DNA of 64,000 nt from positions 64,294,001 through 64,358,000 of the forward strand of contig OX597817.1 of NCBI GenBank assembly GCA_951406725.2, read 5' to 3'. The number at the start of each line of letters is the position of its first letter. Position 1 is the stretch's first letter. Position numbers and translations under genes: made by a program. Positions 1 through 14,086 of the stretch are shown piece after piece. The stretch comes from Octopus vulgaris. Taxonomy: Eukaryota. Below the pieces are notes generated by a model. That model did no database searches. It had not been told where the DNA came from and was given only the letters and a program-made list of their open reading frames with translations.

Positions 1-1
1 C

Positions 2-377
2 ATGCGTATAATAGGGATAACCACTAAGTGGACATCCAATATGCTAGAAGAAGATCACCTACGATCTAACTACAAAGAAAAGAAAAGACAGATGAAAATA
101 TACAAAATACAGAATTAATCGTAGACCTGTTTCGTCATCACCGATAATTGCTTACGTAATTCTCGTCCATGGACTCTTTAGTACGATCGTTCCAATTCAA
201 TATAATTTGTAGAACTATACGCTAGTTGTCCTTATAAAATTAGACCTGTGTATAGTTCTACCGATTACATTGGGGTTATTTTCAAATGTCTAAGTTCTTT
301 TCTTTGTAGTTAGATCGTAGGTGATCTTCTTCTAGCATATTGGATGTCCACTTAGTGGTTATCCCTATTATACGCAT
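2..377. mobile_element. PLE pLTR-like/retrozyme remnant with 83-bp perfect inverted arms (2-84 / 295-377)
   Basis: 2-84 is the exact reverse complement of 295-377. The spacer contains a hammerhead-like motif on the minus strand. Confidence 0.65.
118..187 (-). ncRNA. Minimal type-I hammerhead-like motif, core mutated (CUAAAGA)
   Basis: Minus strand reads ATCGTA-CTAAAGA-GTC...GAC-GAAAC-AG-GTC-TACGAT. Stem I ATCGTA/TACGAT is perfectly complementary. Confidence 0.65.
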
Positions 378-484
378 ATATTACAATTTTTCTGAATTTT
401 CAGATTTTTCTATATGCTAGGCTACTGGTTTTAAATTGATATTAATTAAATTGATATTCAATTTATCACCCTCATTATTTAAAA

Positions 485-486
<2 letters not shown>

Positions 487-540
<54 letters not shown>

Positions 541-564
541 CATACAACATACATATATATATAC

Positions 565-595
<31 letters not shown>

Positions 596-609
596 TGTAT
601 GTATGTATG
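487..609. repeat. (TA)n/(TATG)n compound microsatellite
   Basis: Direct reading. Confidence 0.95.
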
Positions 610-624
610 TCCTGTGATTTCCCT

Positions 625-760
625 ACCATCTTTAAAAGAGGACACAAAGAATAATGTAGTCCTAGTTATTTTGCCTGAAAATACGGGATGGTCATAGCTA
701 GAACGCTTTCACCATAAGATTTTGTTTCATGAGAGCTGACCTTCATCTAAACACCAACAG
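625..760 (+). repeat. Dispersed repeat fragment; related copy at about 1285-1420
   Basis: Both copies share ctctttaaaaga..gacacaaag..ataatgtagtcc..gaaaata.gggatggt..ttcaccataag..taaacacca. Confidence 0.6.
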
Positions 761-1502
761 CAGTAATATAAACAACACGTTTTTCGTTGTAGTTACTTCA
801 ATTTTCTTAGTACTTTTTATTCATCAGAGTAGATCCCTAATCCATCTCAGAATACTTTGCTTGAACTTCTCTTCAGTTATGCCTATGTAGCCTTTGCATG
901 TCAGGGCTGAAACGCTTTTCGGTTTAGCAGGACTGACCTTAGGCTATGAGACATCAGAAAACACATTAAAAAATCATCGACACAAGTCAAAAACGTTGGA
1001 TAATATAGTTCTATGTTTTAAAAAAGCACACATATATACAATAGCAACTGCCGAAATGGCGTTCTTCATTGAAGGAATATCAGCTAAGAAAACTCACAAC
1101 CCCCACCACCACCACCACCGTTACCATTGTTATTACCTCCAAAACCATTACCATTACGACCTACAACCAACATTATCACTTTCTCAACAAAGTCTTTAAA
1201 CTCTAAAACAACAATAACAAAAAAAAAGAATTGAAGCAATGAGGAGAATTTAGCTGCTATTTCTAGCAAGTTCCATGAGTCCCCTACTCTCTTTAAAAGA
1301 GAAGGACACAAAGGATAATGTAGTCCAGGGTATATTGTCTGAAAATATGGGATGGTTATTTTTGAATTCTTTCACCATAAGGTTTTGTTTAAGGAAAGCT
1401 AATCTTGTGCTAAACACCAGCAATTCATGAGAGATCCTTCGTCGGTTTCGATGGTGAGCATTCAGTTTTGTTTGATTAGCTAACCTGTCTACTTGACTTA
1501 AA

Positions 1503-1506
<4 letters not shown>

Positions 1507-1582
<76 letters not shown>

Positions 1583-1584
1583 AC
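1507..1584. repeat. (CA)n microsatellite
   Basis: Direct reading. Confidence 0.95.
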
Positions 1585-1907
1585 CGAAGTAATCAGTCAT
1601 CAACAACAAAATCAGCGACATAAACAATCGATTAGAACTACCACCACAAAAATTTGTTCAGTCGCCACCATAACAACAACTACAACAATAACAATTAGTA
1701 AACACACCACTTAACTCTATGTAATCGACTGTAATCGCCAGTGTAAGGGAAACAAAACTGTAAAAGATGGCGGCTGTAAACAGAGATTATAGACCCAACA
1801 ATACCCAAGCTTTGTTAAACTGATGGGATGAATTCAACCGGAACGTATAAAAAATAATAGTATACAATCAATTGGATGAATGCACGTATGTGTGTCCGTG
1901 CGTATGG

Positions 1908-1943
<36 letters not shown>

Positions 1944-2492
1944 ATATGCGTTTATGTGCCCCGGCATGTGTGTGAGTTTATATATATTCTTTTGCTGGTT
2001 TTACTCATTGGATTATTGTTAGGGCTCCCTTGTAAGGGTTTCAGTCGATTTTATCGACCACAGTATTTCACGTTACTAATTATATCGATCTCGTGAATGA
2101 AAAAAAAAGGTGAAAACAAATGGCGTGGGTGGGACTTGCGCGTGAAAGTACGTAACAAGTATGGACCACCGATTCTGACATCTCTGACAAACACGTACAC
2201 ACACACACACATACACAAACACATACACACATGCATGCACACACACAATACATACGCCCGCACACACATTCGCATACACGAACACGTAGCCTTCAGAATC
2301 TTGGGAATGAGCTGTTGTTTTATGCCCAGAATAAGTAATACTTTATTTCATTGAAATATATGTATATATTTAAGGAAGAATTACGCAAAAGAAGATAAAA
2401 CAATATTGAAATATAGGAAACAGTTAATAAATCAAAATACATATTAGTTTTTAACTGTGAGTATTCCCGTATTCAGTATTATACACAACATA

Positions 2493-2703
2493 AGGCGGTG
2501 AACTGGCAGAATCGCTAGCACGCCGAGAAAGAAGCTTAGCAGCATTTCGTCCGTCTCTACGCCCTGAGTTCGAATTCCGCCGAGGTCAACTTTTCTTCTC
2601 ATTCTTTCAGGGTCGATAATATAAATACCAATTGAGTACTGGGGTCGATGTAATCGACTTGCTCCCTCCCCCGAAATTGCTGGCCTTGTACAAAAATTTG
2701 AAA
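2493..2703 (+). mobile_element. tRNA-derived SINE, family A, full length with 20-bp TSD
   Basis: aggcggtgaactggcagaatcgctagc head, GAGTTCGAATTCC B-box and ggtcgataa..accaattgagtactggggtcgatgtaatcgac body. TSD tcagtattatacacaacata at 2473-2492 and 2704-2723. Confidence 0.9.
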
Positions 2704-2954
2704 TCAGTATTATACACAACATACCACAACCAGGCCATTTTGACGGTCAAACAATGTCTGTGTATCCAACATTTTTAGTGAATTTAGCATTTTCATTATT
2801 GGGATGCCTGTGAGATCCTCTTGGTATAGTAAATTAGCACTGACAAACAAAAATCTTTAAGTCTGATGGACCCCCAACTCTGTTCAGAGCAGCATACAGC
2901 TGACCGTGCGCGAACACGTTAAATCGATCGATCGATAGATAGATAGCAAATCGT

Positions 2955-3115
2955 ATTGTGAAGAAAGTAACTTATTAAAATTTTAAAAAGGAAAACGAAT
3001 ATATATTCGTAAGTTTTCGTATGAGAAATTTAAAGATTGGAGATTCACCATTTTCTTCCCATTTTGTAATAAACTGCTTTATTCTAAAAGAAGAATTTTT
3101 GTCATTTTCGAAAGT
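2955..3115 (+). repeat. Diverged local duplication; second copy at about 3808-3955
   Basis: Both copies follow (GATA)n and share gaagaaagtaact.attaaaattt..gagaaatttaaagattggagattca..ccattttgt. Confidence 0.7.
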
Positions 3116-3178
3116 GGTTGTTTAATGTTAAAGATCATTTATAAAGAAATATATGTGTCTGGGTATCTACTCACATAC

Positions 3179-3797
<619 letters not shown>

Positions 3798-3974
3798 GGC
3801 ATTTCTCTTTGTGAAGGAAGAAAGTAACTAATTAAAATTTAACAGAGAAAAACATTTATTAGTAAGCTTTCTTTAGAGAAATTTAAAGATTGGAGATTCA
3901 GCACTTCCTTTCCATTTTGTTACAAACATTTTGAAAGAAATTTTATTCTTCGAAAGCTGTAGTATATCGTTAAA

Positions 3975-4165
3975 TATTGGTTTCAAATTTTGGTACAAGG
4001 CCAGGAACCTCGGGGGTAGGGATAAATCGATTAAATCGAGCCAGTATTCAACCGTAAGGATAAAATAGACTTCGGCGGGATTTGAACTCAGAACATAAGA
4101 ACGGATGAAATGTCGCTACTCATTTTGCCCCGTGTGCAAAGAAATTCTACCAGCTTGTCGTTTTA
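3975..4165 (-). mobile_element. SINE family A, internally deleted
   Basis: gacttcggcgggatttgaactcagaac and aaattttggtacaaggccag match the reverse complement of the 2493 copy. Confidence 0.8.
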
Positions 4166-5329
4166 AATGTTTTAAAATATTGAGAAATATATATCTGTAT
4201 ATTTGTGTACATACACACATACATACATACATACATACATACATACATGTATGAATGCATGCATGCATACATACAGACAGAAGAGAGTTGCGAATCAAAC
4301 CGGAAGTTATGTTACAGACAGACTAGACAAAAATTATTATAGCGATTATAATAATTTTTCAAAGGATTTCTAAGAATTTTTTTAAACATTTGGTAATGCT
4401 CTGCGTCGGTTAAGACAATCAAGAAACTTAAGAAACTAAGGAAGTTTATTTACCGTTTATTTAACGTTTCTTTACCCTTGTTCTTCGTGAAAGAGTGCGG
4501 AAATGATGGAATAACTGAAGTCGAATGGTTGGTCTTGTAGAAAGAGAGATGATTAAATAAAAAGCCACGATAACAGATTAAAGAAGTTAAGTGGTTCAGA
4601 GAATTGCCTCAAAGAACTGTATAGATGTATAACTACGATGCTAGATAACTGAATTATGAGTTAGATAAAGGTTAGCAGGAAGTTAGATAGGAATAACACC
4701 CATGGAATCACTCATTTAGAAATGGTTATAACAACTGATTAAAGTATTGTGGCCCAGGCGCAAAAGTGGCAGAATGTAGCGTAGGAGCGTTTAAGCAATT
4801 ATGCATTCACATACTTTTTATACACACAAGTATGCAGCACTCAATTAACCATTAAACAAAATAAGCATGTGCTTAGAGCATCAAGGGAAGTAGGTGGGAC
4901 ACAATGGAAGTGATAAATGGTTTACGGCACAAAAAAAAATCGCGTTAAACTCGCTAAAATAATATTCAGGAAGACTTATCTCTACCAAGTATAGAAGCAA
5001 ATGTGTTACGTTAGTTTAATTCTGAGGATCTCATCAAAGACTTTGCAATTAAAAAGAGTAGGAATCAGCGGCAGCTCGTGTATAGGAACTGTGGAACTGC
5101 AGCACACCCTATTATCGATAACATTCAATATAATGAGTCCTTTCTTCTTTAATTCTTTCTTTATACGTGTACATTATATAATCCTCAAGCTTAATGTCAG
5201 TAGCCATCCCCCAATTTATGAAAGAAATACAAAAATCCTTGTATAGAACTGTGTGCTTCACATTTCCAGCGACGCGGCGTTTGGCTGTTGTGCGCATGTT
5301 CACACATCCGAGATAGGAAGCTTCACACT

Positions 5330-5410
<81 letters not shown>

Positions 5411-6147
5411 ACTGTGTGAACAACAGTGCCGGGTGAAAGGTAGTGTTTCTTTTTGACACCGCGTGTGTTATGCTTAAAAACGTGTTTATATTCTTGAATG
5501 TGATAAAGTGTAGAATTAGATTATTCTGCTTCCAGCTTCAGTGTTGCTTCCAGGATTTGAAAAATAGGGCACATTCCCACCCCTTATTTTGTGATTTGGG
5601 GGGATTTTTGAAAAAACAAGGGTAATTCGCGGCGGTGTTCAGTGAACAAATTAAACACACTACCCGGCAGTGGCTAAAACGCGACCGATCAAGTTTGAGT
5701 TTCTTTTTATATGTTTGTTTTCTTTTACACAATATTAAAACAACAGCTAAAATTTTTCTGAAGCAGCACCGCAACTAATTTTATCTACGAACCATTGCTG
5801 GTTAGAAGGAAACTTTTCGAATATGAAGAAAATGAAAGTATACAAAAATGAATATTGTTTTCTATCTTACTGTTAGTTTTGTTTCATTTTGAAAAGTTAA
5901 AATTAATTTTAAGGTTTATCATTGTTTATATTTTGAATTACATGTATATATGGGGGCGCCAAAATCTTTTAAGTGCTTCGGGCCACTACGGGTCTTAATC
6001 CACCCTACAAGTAAATCATACATATATACATAGTTACTTATATAAACGCTCACCAATATCTTTTCACACTTTCACTTTGAAACATTAACCTTTTCCCCAC
6101 CCGTTTTATCGCATGTGACATTTCCCTGGCATCCATGTATCATATAA

Positions 6148-6534
6148 CTAGCAGTATTGCCCGGCGTTGCTCGGTTTGTTTTCTTTTCGACCCTTTAGAA
6201 TTGGAATTTTTGAAAAGTAAAAATTTTGCATTATGTAGCTTGTTATTCTCTTTAAGCGAACATTTTTCTGGTTGATATTCACCGAAAAATGGCGATACAG
6301 CAGTCAAAAAATTGTAAAAAATAGGGATTTTCAGAGAAAAAAATCAACCTTTTGATGTAAATGATTTTTGGTCTTTAACATGGTCCGATTTGATTTTTTC
6401 TTCTACGGAATGAAGAGCAAGCCTTCTTCGATCATACTCTCAATTTTGGTCAACTTGTGCCGTAGGGTCTCGGAGGAGATAGTGTTAGTTGAAGCCTACC
6501 AAACCTGCCACAACTTCAGCTTTATATATATAGA
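6148..6534 (-). mobile_element. Non-autonomous Helitron
   Basis: Minus strand begins A|TCTATATATATAAAG and ends with the ccgagcaacgccggg hairpin followed by CTAG|T, i.e. TC...CTAG termini in an AT target. Confidence 0.8.
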
Positions 6535-7416
6535 TATGATACACGTACCCAACTTTTTTCATCTCGGGACTTACGAAAGGAAAGCTTTATACTATTACGC
6601 AGAATGCATGAAATAAAGACTAACTAAAACTCTGAAAACAAGCATGGATGTTTAGGACATACTTCTGAAAATTTTAGACAGAAAAAGGGTTAAAGAACAA
6701 CTGAATTGAAAAATAGATACAGGCTCTACTCCTGAACACCACCTCGTTTCCTTCATCGAGCAATGCAGGCAAAATTTATTACCTTTATGAAGACAAAAAA
6801 AAAAATCAATTATTTTGCTGTAACAACTTTGCTAACTTACAGTAGATATTCAATATCAATTACATCCAGTTAAGTGTTGCAATAATACAGTATGATTATA
6901 GCCTTCCTACATAGTCACTAACTAGTTTTAATTACTGCTTCCGAAATTAATAAGCTATTTTTTTTGCAATAAAAATGTGCTCAGTACTATAGAATTTCCC
7001 AAAAGATCAAAGATAATCAATATGCAGTGTGACCTATATACGTATGTATGTATGTATTTATGTATGTAGTTATGTATGTGTGTATGTGTGCGCGTGTGTG
7101 TGCGTGCTTGTGTGTGTGTGTGTGTGTGTGATCAGTGTGTATGTACTTACACGTGTGCACACGCTATATAGAACATATAAATACGTCATCGACAAATGGT
7201 TATGGCAGGATATATTGCTGTACAAGATCAACTGCAGTTAACTACATAAGCTTCAAGCAGCTTTGATTACCATTCTCGTGTGTTTATGTATCTATTGTCG
7301 CTTGATTTGTTAACATTAACATTTATTATAACACTCTGTTCGATTTCAGAACTGGTCTATTGGGTGAGATAGACAATCGATATTTAAGAGAAAAGGAACG
7401 GAAAAGAGAAAAGAGG

Positions 7417-7644
<228 letters not shown>

Positions 7645-7732
7645 TTAATGCTTGTTTTTATGTTCAGCTATAATAAGAACAACTTTACATTAAACAGATA
7701 GGTTACTCGATATTTTTGTAGAGAACAAATTT

Positions 7733-7855
7733 ATTATACTTATACAAGAATGTTGTTGGCACTGACTTCGAAGTTTCGGTCAGCTAGGCAGTCCGACGAT
7801 GGCTAGCTGGCCGAAACTTCGAAGTCACTGTCAATATTCTTGTATAAGAATAATA
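7733..7855 (+). ncRNA. Hammerhead-like motif (7789-7830) inside a roughly 120-bp imperfect palindrome
   Basis: CAGT-CCGACGA-T-GGCTAGCTGGCC-GAAA-CTTCGAAG-TC-ACTG. The left arm is an inverted copy of the 3' half of the motif and its downstream sequence. Confidence 0.7.
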
Positions 7856-7890
7856 GATAAACAAGCAGACAGACAGATAGATAAATAAAG

Positions 7891-7951
<61 letters not shown>

Positions 7952-8185
7952 TAATCTGCCTGTTCCCTATGTATTTCCAAACGGCTCCACCAAATCAAAT
8001 CAAATTTTACAAGGTATTACACCCCGCGAGTGTCAACATGTAAATTTTATTTCATTTGGATTGAAACAACATAACATTTTCTCGAAAATAATCTTTCTAT
8101 AGTCAACTATAGTAACGGACATTTCATACTACAACGACGACGACGTCACATTTTGTATATGAGTGTGTATGTGTCTGAGTGTGTG

Positions 8186-8510
8186 CAAGTGTCTTCTGCT
8201 ATAGCCTCGTACCGACCAAAGCCTTGTGAATGGATTTGATATATAGAAACTGAGAGAAGCCCGTCGCGTATATATATATATATATATATATATATACGAA
8301 GGGCTTCTTTTATATATGCGTGTGTGTATGTGTGTGAGAGAGAGAGTGCGTGTGTGTGTATATATATATATGTTTGTGTATTTGTATTTGTCCTCCCCCC
8401 ATCGCTTGACAACCTATGTTGGTGTATTTACGTTCCCGTAATTTATCTGTTCGGCAAAAGAGACCGATAGAATAAGTACTAGGCTTACAAAGAATAAGTT
8501 CTGGGGTCAA
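8186..8510 (+). mobile_element. SINE family B (partial) with internal (TA)/(TG) tract
   Basis: gcaagtgtcttctgctatagcctcg..gtgaatggatttg..ggcaaaagagaccgatagaataagtactaggcttacaaagaataag matches the 25675 copy. Confidence 0.85.
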
Positions 8511-9308
8511 CCAAACACGACAGTAACTTTTCGTAAGACGTGGTATTGTCGGATTTGCTGTTACAACAGTTCTATTCGCTAACGAAGATGATCTAAGTCC
8601 GTACCATGTAATTCAGGTTATGTATTGATGAGCTTGCGACTTCCCACATGCTCATGGGAAGTGGGATGTAAGCTGATACACACCTGCGCGTGGATTAGTG
8701 TGTAACAGATTTCATCTTGCAACCAATCCTACAGCAGCTCTGCTTAGATTTAGATTCGTGCTTTAAGCAATATTATCACATTTGGTAACTTTATAGCAGT
8801 AAGCGCTAAGCTTCTTGTACAGATAAGCAACACACCCACCGACATATAATACAGCCAATCACATCTTGTGGCGGCTGTAATGTACAGTAGTGTCGGTTTA
8901 CATGAAAAGAATCAACTTCGTTTTCGCACGCTGAAATGCAAACAAACATCAGTCATTACGTTATGATTAAGTGTCCCAATGAGTGATTTTATTGCGACCG
9001 AAGTTTGGCCTCGCGGACAGACTGCTAATAGGCACTTTCTCACATCACTTCTTATCAAATATTTGTTCTTGTGATAGCACTTAGAAATTAACTCTGGTCT
9101 TCTGGTCAAGTTCTTGTAAAAAGGACGTATTTTTGAGATTGCAAATACCAAATAAATTTTTAAACAGAGCGTACTTGTTGCTCAAATGCAATATAGATAT
9201 TAGTTTTCAATATCATGACCTTTCAAATCGCATACTGGCTTCTTATAGCCAATGTATGTATGTATGCATGCATGTATCTATGTATCTGTGTGTGTGTGTG
9301 CGTATTTA

Positions 9309-9349
<41 letters not shown>

Positions 9350-9351
9350 TG

Positions 9352-9408
<57 letters not shown>

Positions 9409-9480
9409 GCATATATATATATATACATATAGATATATATATATACATGTGTGTGTATGTGTGTGAGTGCGCGCGCGCGT

Positions 9481-9780
9481 GAAGACATATGGCTTAGTGG
9501 TTAGGGTATCCGGCTCACAATCGTAAGGTCGTGAGTTCGATACCTGGCGGTGCGTTGTTCTTGAACAAAAATTTTGTTTCACGTTGTTCCAATCCATTCA
9601 GCTGACAAAAATGAAGAGTGCCTGTATTTCAAAGGGCCAGCCTTGTCATATTTTGTATCGTGCTGAATCTCCCTGAGGACATGTGTCTATGATGTACTCA
9701 ATCACACGTTAATTTCACAACACCAGATTGTACCATTGACCGGATCAACTGAAACCCTCGTCGCCGTAACCGACGGAACA
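9481..9780 (+). mobile_element. tRNA-derived SINE, family C
   Basis: A-box TGGCTTAGTGG and B-box GAGTTCGATACC. The body is shared with 46950-47200 (minus) and about 58740-58990. Confidence 0.8.
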
Positions 9781-9856
9781 TTGGTTTTGTGTGTGTGTGT
9801 GTGTGTCTGTGTGTGTTAATACGCATAAATACACACATACACACGCACACATGCAC

Positions 9857-9888
<32 letters not shown>

Positions 9889-10083
9889 TACTTTATTAAA
9901 ACCGAAAAAAATATCATTTAAAAGTTGGTGTGTGTGGAATGAGGTGTGTGTACGTTGTGCGTAATCTATTCACCTCGCAGAAAAATTTACTTGCGTAGAA
10001 CATACTTGTAGCACATTTCTGCTTCAGTTGCAACTTTAAGGAGAACAAAGATAGGATGTTACACCTGTATCTACCTGTTTATA

Positions 10084-10084
<1 letters not shown>

Positions 10085-10163
<79 letters not shown>

Positions 10164-10271
10164 GTCTGTCTGTCTGTCTGTCTATCTAGTGACGTATATA
10201 TATACATATATATACACACACATACATGTAGTAGCGGCAGCAGCAGCAGCAGCAGTAGTAATAGTAGTAGT

Positions 10272-10348
<77 letters not shown>

Positions 10349-10423
10349 CAGTAGTAGTAGCAGCAGCAGTAGCAGCAGCAGTAGCAGCAGCAGTAGCAGC
10401 AGCAGTAGTAGTAGTAGTAGTAG
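10085..10423. repeat. (TCTA)n followed by (AGC)/(AGT)n trinucleotide tract
   Basis: Direct reading; explains the poly-Ser/Val/Ala ORFs. Confidence 0.95.
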
Positions 10424-10931
10424 AAAGAATCAGAAAGGTAACACTAAGCAGATAAAGTGCGTTTTACCATAAGCAAGAATTTTTTTCTCCAAAGTAAACT
10501 TCTGTGAAAGTTCCTTTCGAAATTAAAATACATCACAAACATATTTGAACTGACCAAAGTTTTATTGTTTCTCATCCCTGCTTAGCGCGGCTACTATTAC
10601 ATTTGTCTTGACCGGGTGGTCATTAATTTTGACTGTTCCATTGTAAGGCCAGGCTTTCTAATCTACTCAGGGTTATCCCTCTCTTCGGTATCTTCTACTG
10701 GGGAAGGCTAAAGAGCCAGAAACGCATCTAGGAGTTCGATATAAGGTGGCACTGAGCAGCAGAGGTGGTTTTTACACCTTTTATCTTAAACGAGAATTTT
10801 TCTCCACGCTAAGTTGCAGTGAAACTACCTTTAGAAGTTAAATTATATCACAAACATATTTGAACTAACTTAAAGTTTACACACACACACACGCACGCAC
10901 GCACACACACAGGCACACACGCACACACACA

Positions 10932-10973
<42 letters not shown>

Positions 10974-11494
10974 TAAGCAGAAAGCAGGTGTGGTGTTTAC
11001 TCCTTTATAGAACATACACGCGTTTCAACAAAATGCCGTAATAATTCCATAACAGTAGTATAAACATTATGCAATCTTACACTTTACTTTATCACTGTCT
11101 ATAATACAATTCCTCATCAGTGTCCCGCAATGTGTGTGTGTGTGTGTTACGTGCGCGTGTCTATCTGTACCGCTATTGATCTGTTTATCTGTCTTTCTAT
11201 CTACCTGTCCGTGTGTTTGTCTGTTTATCGCAGTATCAATCTGTCTATCTGTCTTTCTATCTACCTGCCCGTCTATCTGTTTATCTCTGTATCAATCTGT
11301 TTGTCTCTGTTTGTCTGTTTCTTTGTCCAGTTATTCATATATCTTATATACATCGATCTCAGACCGTCCGCCTGTCCATCTGTCCATTCTTCTATCCAGC
11401 CAGCAAGCCAGCTATACCTCCATTGGTCTGAAAAGCAAAGAACTAACACTTTTGTATTGTGTGTCTTTGATTATGACAGCGTAAGAATGGTTGA

Positions 11495-11912
11495 GTCGAT
11501 CGGCCCCCAACTTGCAGCATCTGCTGCAAACCCGGGTATCGCCGCCTGTAACGCGGAGGAGAGGAAACTCAATAAATACAGGGGCCCGTAACGCGGAGGA
11601 GAGAAAGCCCAATAAATACAGGGGGCCGTAACGCGGAGGAGAGAAAACTCAATAGATACAGGGGCCCGTAACGCGGAGGAGAGAAAACTCAATAAATACA
11701 GGAGCCTGACTGGCCGCTATCAGTTTGTGCCGGTCGCCGTCAAGACGTCAGGTATTCTAGGACCCCGTACTACCGATTTCCTCCGCGAAATCGGGAAAAC
11801 GGCGGCCCATTAGAGAATGAGCCTCTCGAGGTGGAGTGGCTGTTGCAAGGGAGTGTCGCCGACCATTCCCCGCGGCAATGCCATCGCGGTCATTACCGCG
11901 GAGTGCATCTGA
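11495..11912 (+). mobile_element. 5'-truncated CRE/NeSL-type non-LTR retrotransposon (restriction-like endonuclease C-terminus)
   Basis: Collapsing the tandem repeat gives AASAANPGIAACNAEERKLNKYRSLTGRYQFVPVAVKTSGILGPRTTDFLREIG...RGNAIAV, the K..KY/F.P.A.ET.G..G/RGNA pattern of RLE domains. Confidence 0.8.
11548..11702 (+). repeat. 40-bp tandem repeat, about 3.9 units
   Basis: Unit gtaacgcggaggagagaaaactcaataaatacaggggccc starts at 11548, 11588, 11628 and 11668. Confidence 0.95.
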
Positions 11913-12524
11913 TCATACCATTTGTTCTTGAATATGGAAAGCTCATTGCCCTTCCCCCTCCATCTTCCGCTGCTTAACCCCACCCCATTTTTCCTTTTCT
12001 TTCTTTTCCTTTCTTATCTTTCTTTTTTTTTCTTTGAAATCTAAATTTCTAATAGATTAAAGATATTCTCTAAATATTTTTTGAACAATGGTATCAACTT
12101 AAAAACTGGACAACGAACAAACTGCCACCTGTTAGAAATAGCCGCCAAGATTCCCATTAAATCACACCCTAGCATCTTAAAAAAGGGAGAGCAACACTTT
12201 GGATAGTTGTATGACGTCATTCCGTACACACGGTGATTCCCAACCAACTGAAAATAGAAATCGAATAGGATGGCCAGCTTTTGACCATAGTTTTTGATTA
12301 TGACTGATTTGGGTTCAAACCAGAACAACAAAATAACGTTTTACATTGCCACAAAGCCACACATTGTAAGAGAAGTCAATAAATCCAGATCATATACTGC
12401 TTATTCTATCGATCTACTGAGGGTGAATGGGAAAATGATGAAGCCCCCGACAGAATCTGAACGCAAAATGTGCTGTATGTATGTAACTTATGTTACAGGA
12501 AAGCATTTTCCCGACACTTTTACG

Positions 12525-12897
12525 TTTTACTTGTTTCGGTCATTGGGTTGCAGTCATGCTGGAACACCCCTTTGAAGGGTTTAATCGAACAAATCGGCAC
12601 CAAGTTGCCGAACCGTTAAATTACGCGGACGTAAACAAACCAAGACCGGTAATCAAGCAGTGGACACAACACAAACATAGACACACACATGCATATATAT
12701 TTATGTACACATATATATATAAACATGTATGTGTGTATGTATGTGTGTGTGTGTATAAACGTGTATATATGTATTACGTGCGTGCGCATGGCTGGCTTCT
12801 TTCAGTTTCCATCCGCAAATTCATTCAAAAGGCATTGGTCGGTCCGGTGCGATAGAAGACACTTGCTCAAGGTGCAGCGCAAACAGCCATGCCTGCG
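12525..12897 (-). mobile_element. SINE family B, deleted copy
   Basis: ttttacttgtttcggtcatt..catgctggaacacc..ttgccgaaccgttaaattacg..gaagacacttgctcaaggtg. Confidence 0.8.
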
Positions 12898-13376
12898 TCT
12901 TTACCATTTCTTTTTCCTTTCCTCTTTCTTTTTTCCTTTCTTTCTTTCTTTTTGTAATACTACAAAATGTACAACAAATAAATAAATAAATAAATATTGG
13001 AGCTGAATTGTTATTTTATAATTCCGCAGGTAGGCGTCGCACTTCCTGTACGCTCTGATTATACACACCCACTGTTAAGTAGTGAAGTGAAAGTATTAAA
13101 GAAAATCAAAATTCCACAGAACTGCCGACCGATTTTTCAAAGACTCCTTGCTGACATGTTATGCAGAGTGCTGGAGCTTCGCAAAATATTTTCTTGAGTT
13201 CACTGTCTATTAATAAGGTATTACGTAATGCTGGAATCGTTTCAAAACAAATTCATACACACATACGTACGTTACGTACGTACGTACGTACATACGTACG
13301 TACGTACATACATACATACATACATACATACATACATACATACATACATACATACATACATACATACATACGTACA

Positions 13377-13410
<34 letters not shown>

Positions 13411-13559
13411 ATACATACATACATGCATGCATGCATACATACACACAAACATACATACATACATACATACATAGACACTCACACACTCAAACACACAAAC
13501 ACACACGCGTGCGCGCACACACACATATGTATGTACGTACATGTATACTTATGTACTTG

Positions 13560-13711
13560 TAGCTGTGTGATGAGATGGCTCCGGGTTCAGTGCCACTACG
13601 TGGCACATCAGGCAAATGTCTTCTACTACAACCTCGGGCTGACCAAAATCTTGTGAGTGGATTTGGTAGACGGAAACTAAAAGAAACCAGTCGTATACAT
13701 ATATATGTGTG

Positions 13712-13743
<32 letters not shown>

Positions 13744-13990
13744 CGTATGTGTGTGTGTGCGTGCGTACGTGTGTGGTGTTTTTGTGTCTATGTTTGTCCT
13801 CCCATCACCAGTTAACAGAAGGCTTTGGTGTGTTTACGTCCCCATAACTTAACGGTTCGGCAAAAATGACCGATAGAATAAGTACTAGGCCTCAAAAATA
13901 AGCCCTGAGGTCGATTTGTTCAACTAAAATAAACACGTCTAGGTGGGGCTCCAGCATGGCAGCAACAAAATGACTGAAACAAATAAAAGA
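13560..13990 (+). mobile_element. SINE family B
   Basis: ccgggttcagtgccactacgtggcac..gtgagtggatttggtagacggaaact..ctccagcatggcagca..tgactgaaacaaataaaaga. Confidence 0.85.
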
Positions 13991-14042
13991 AAAAAGAATG
14001 TATATATAACTAACGATATATAAGTATATAGATATAAATGAT

Positions 14043-14086
<44 letters not shown>

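Noticed and set aside
1764-1774. YY1-type promoter motif AAGATGGCGGC
   Set aside because: Isolated motif with no supporting exon or CpG island.
11548-11702. CRISPR-like array
   Set aside because: Head-to-tail 40-bp units with no unique spacers, inside a retroelement ORF, in eukaryotic DNA with no cas genes.
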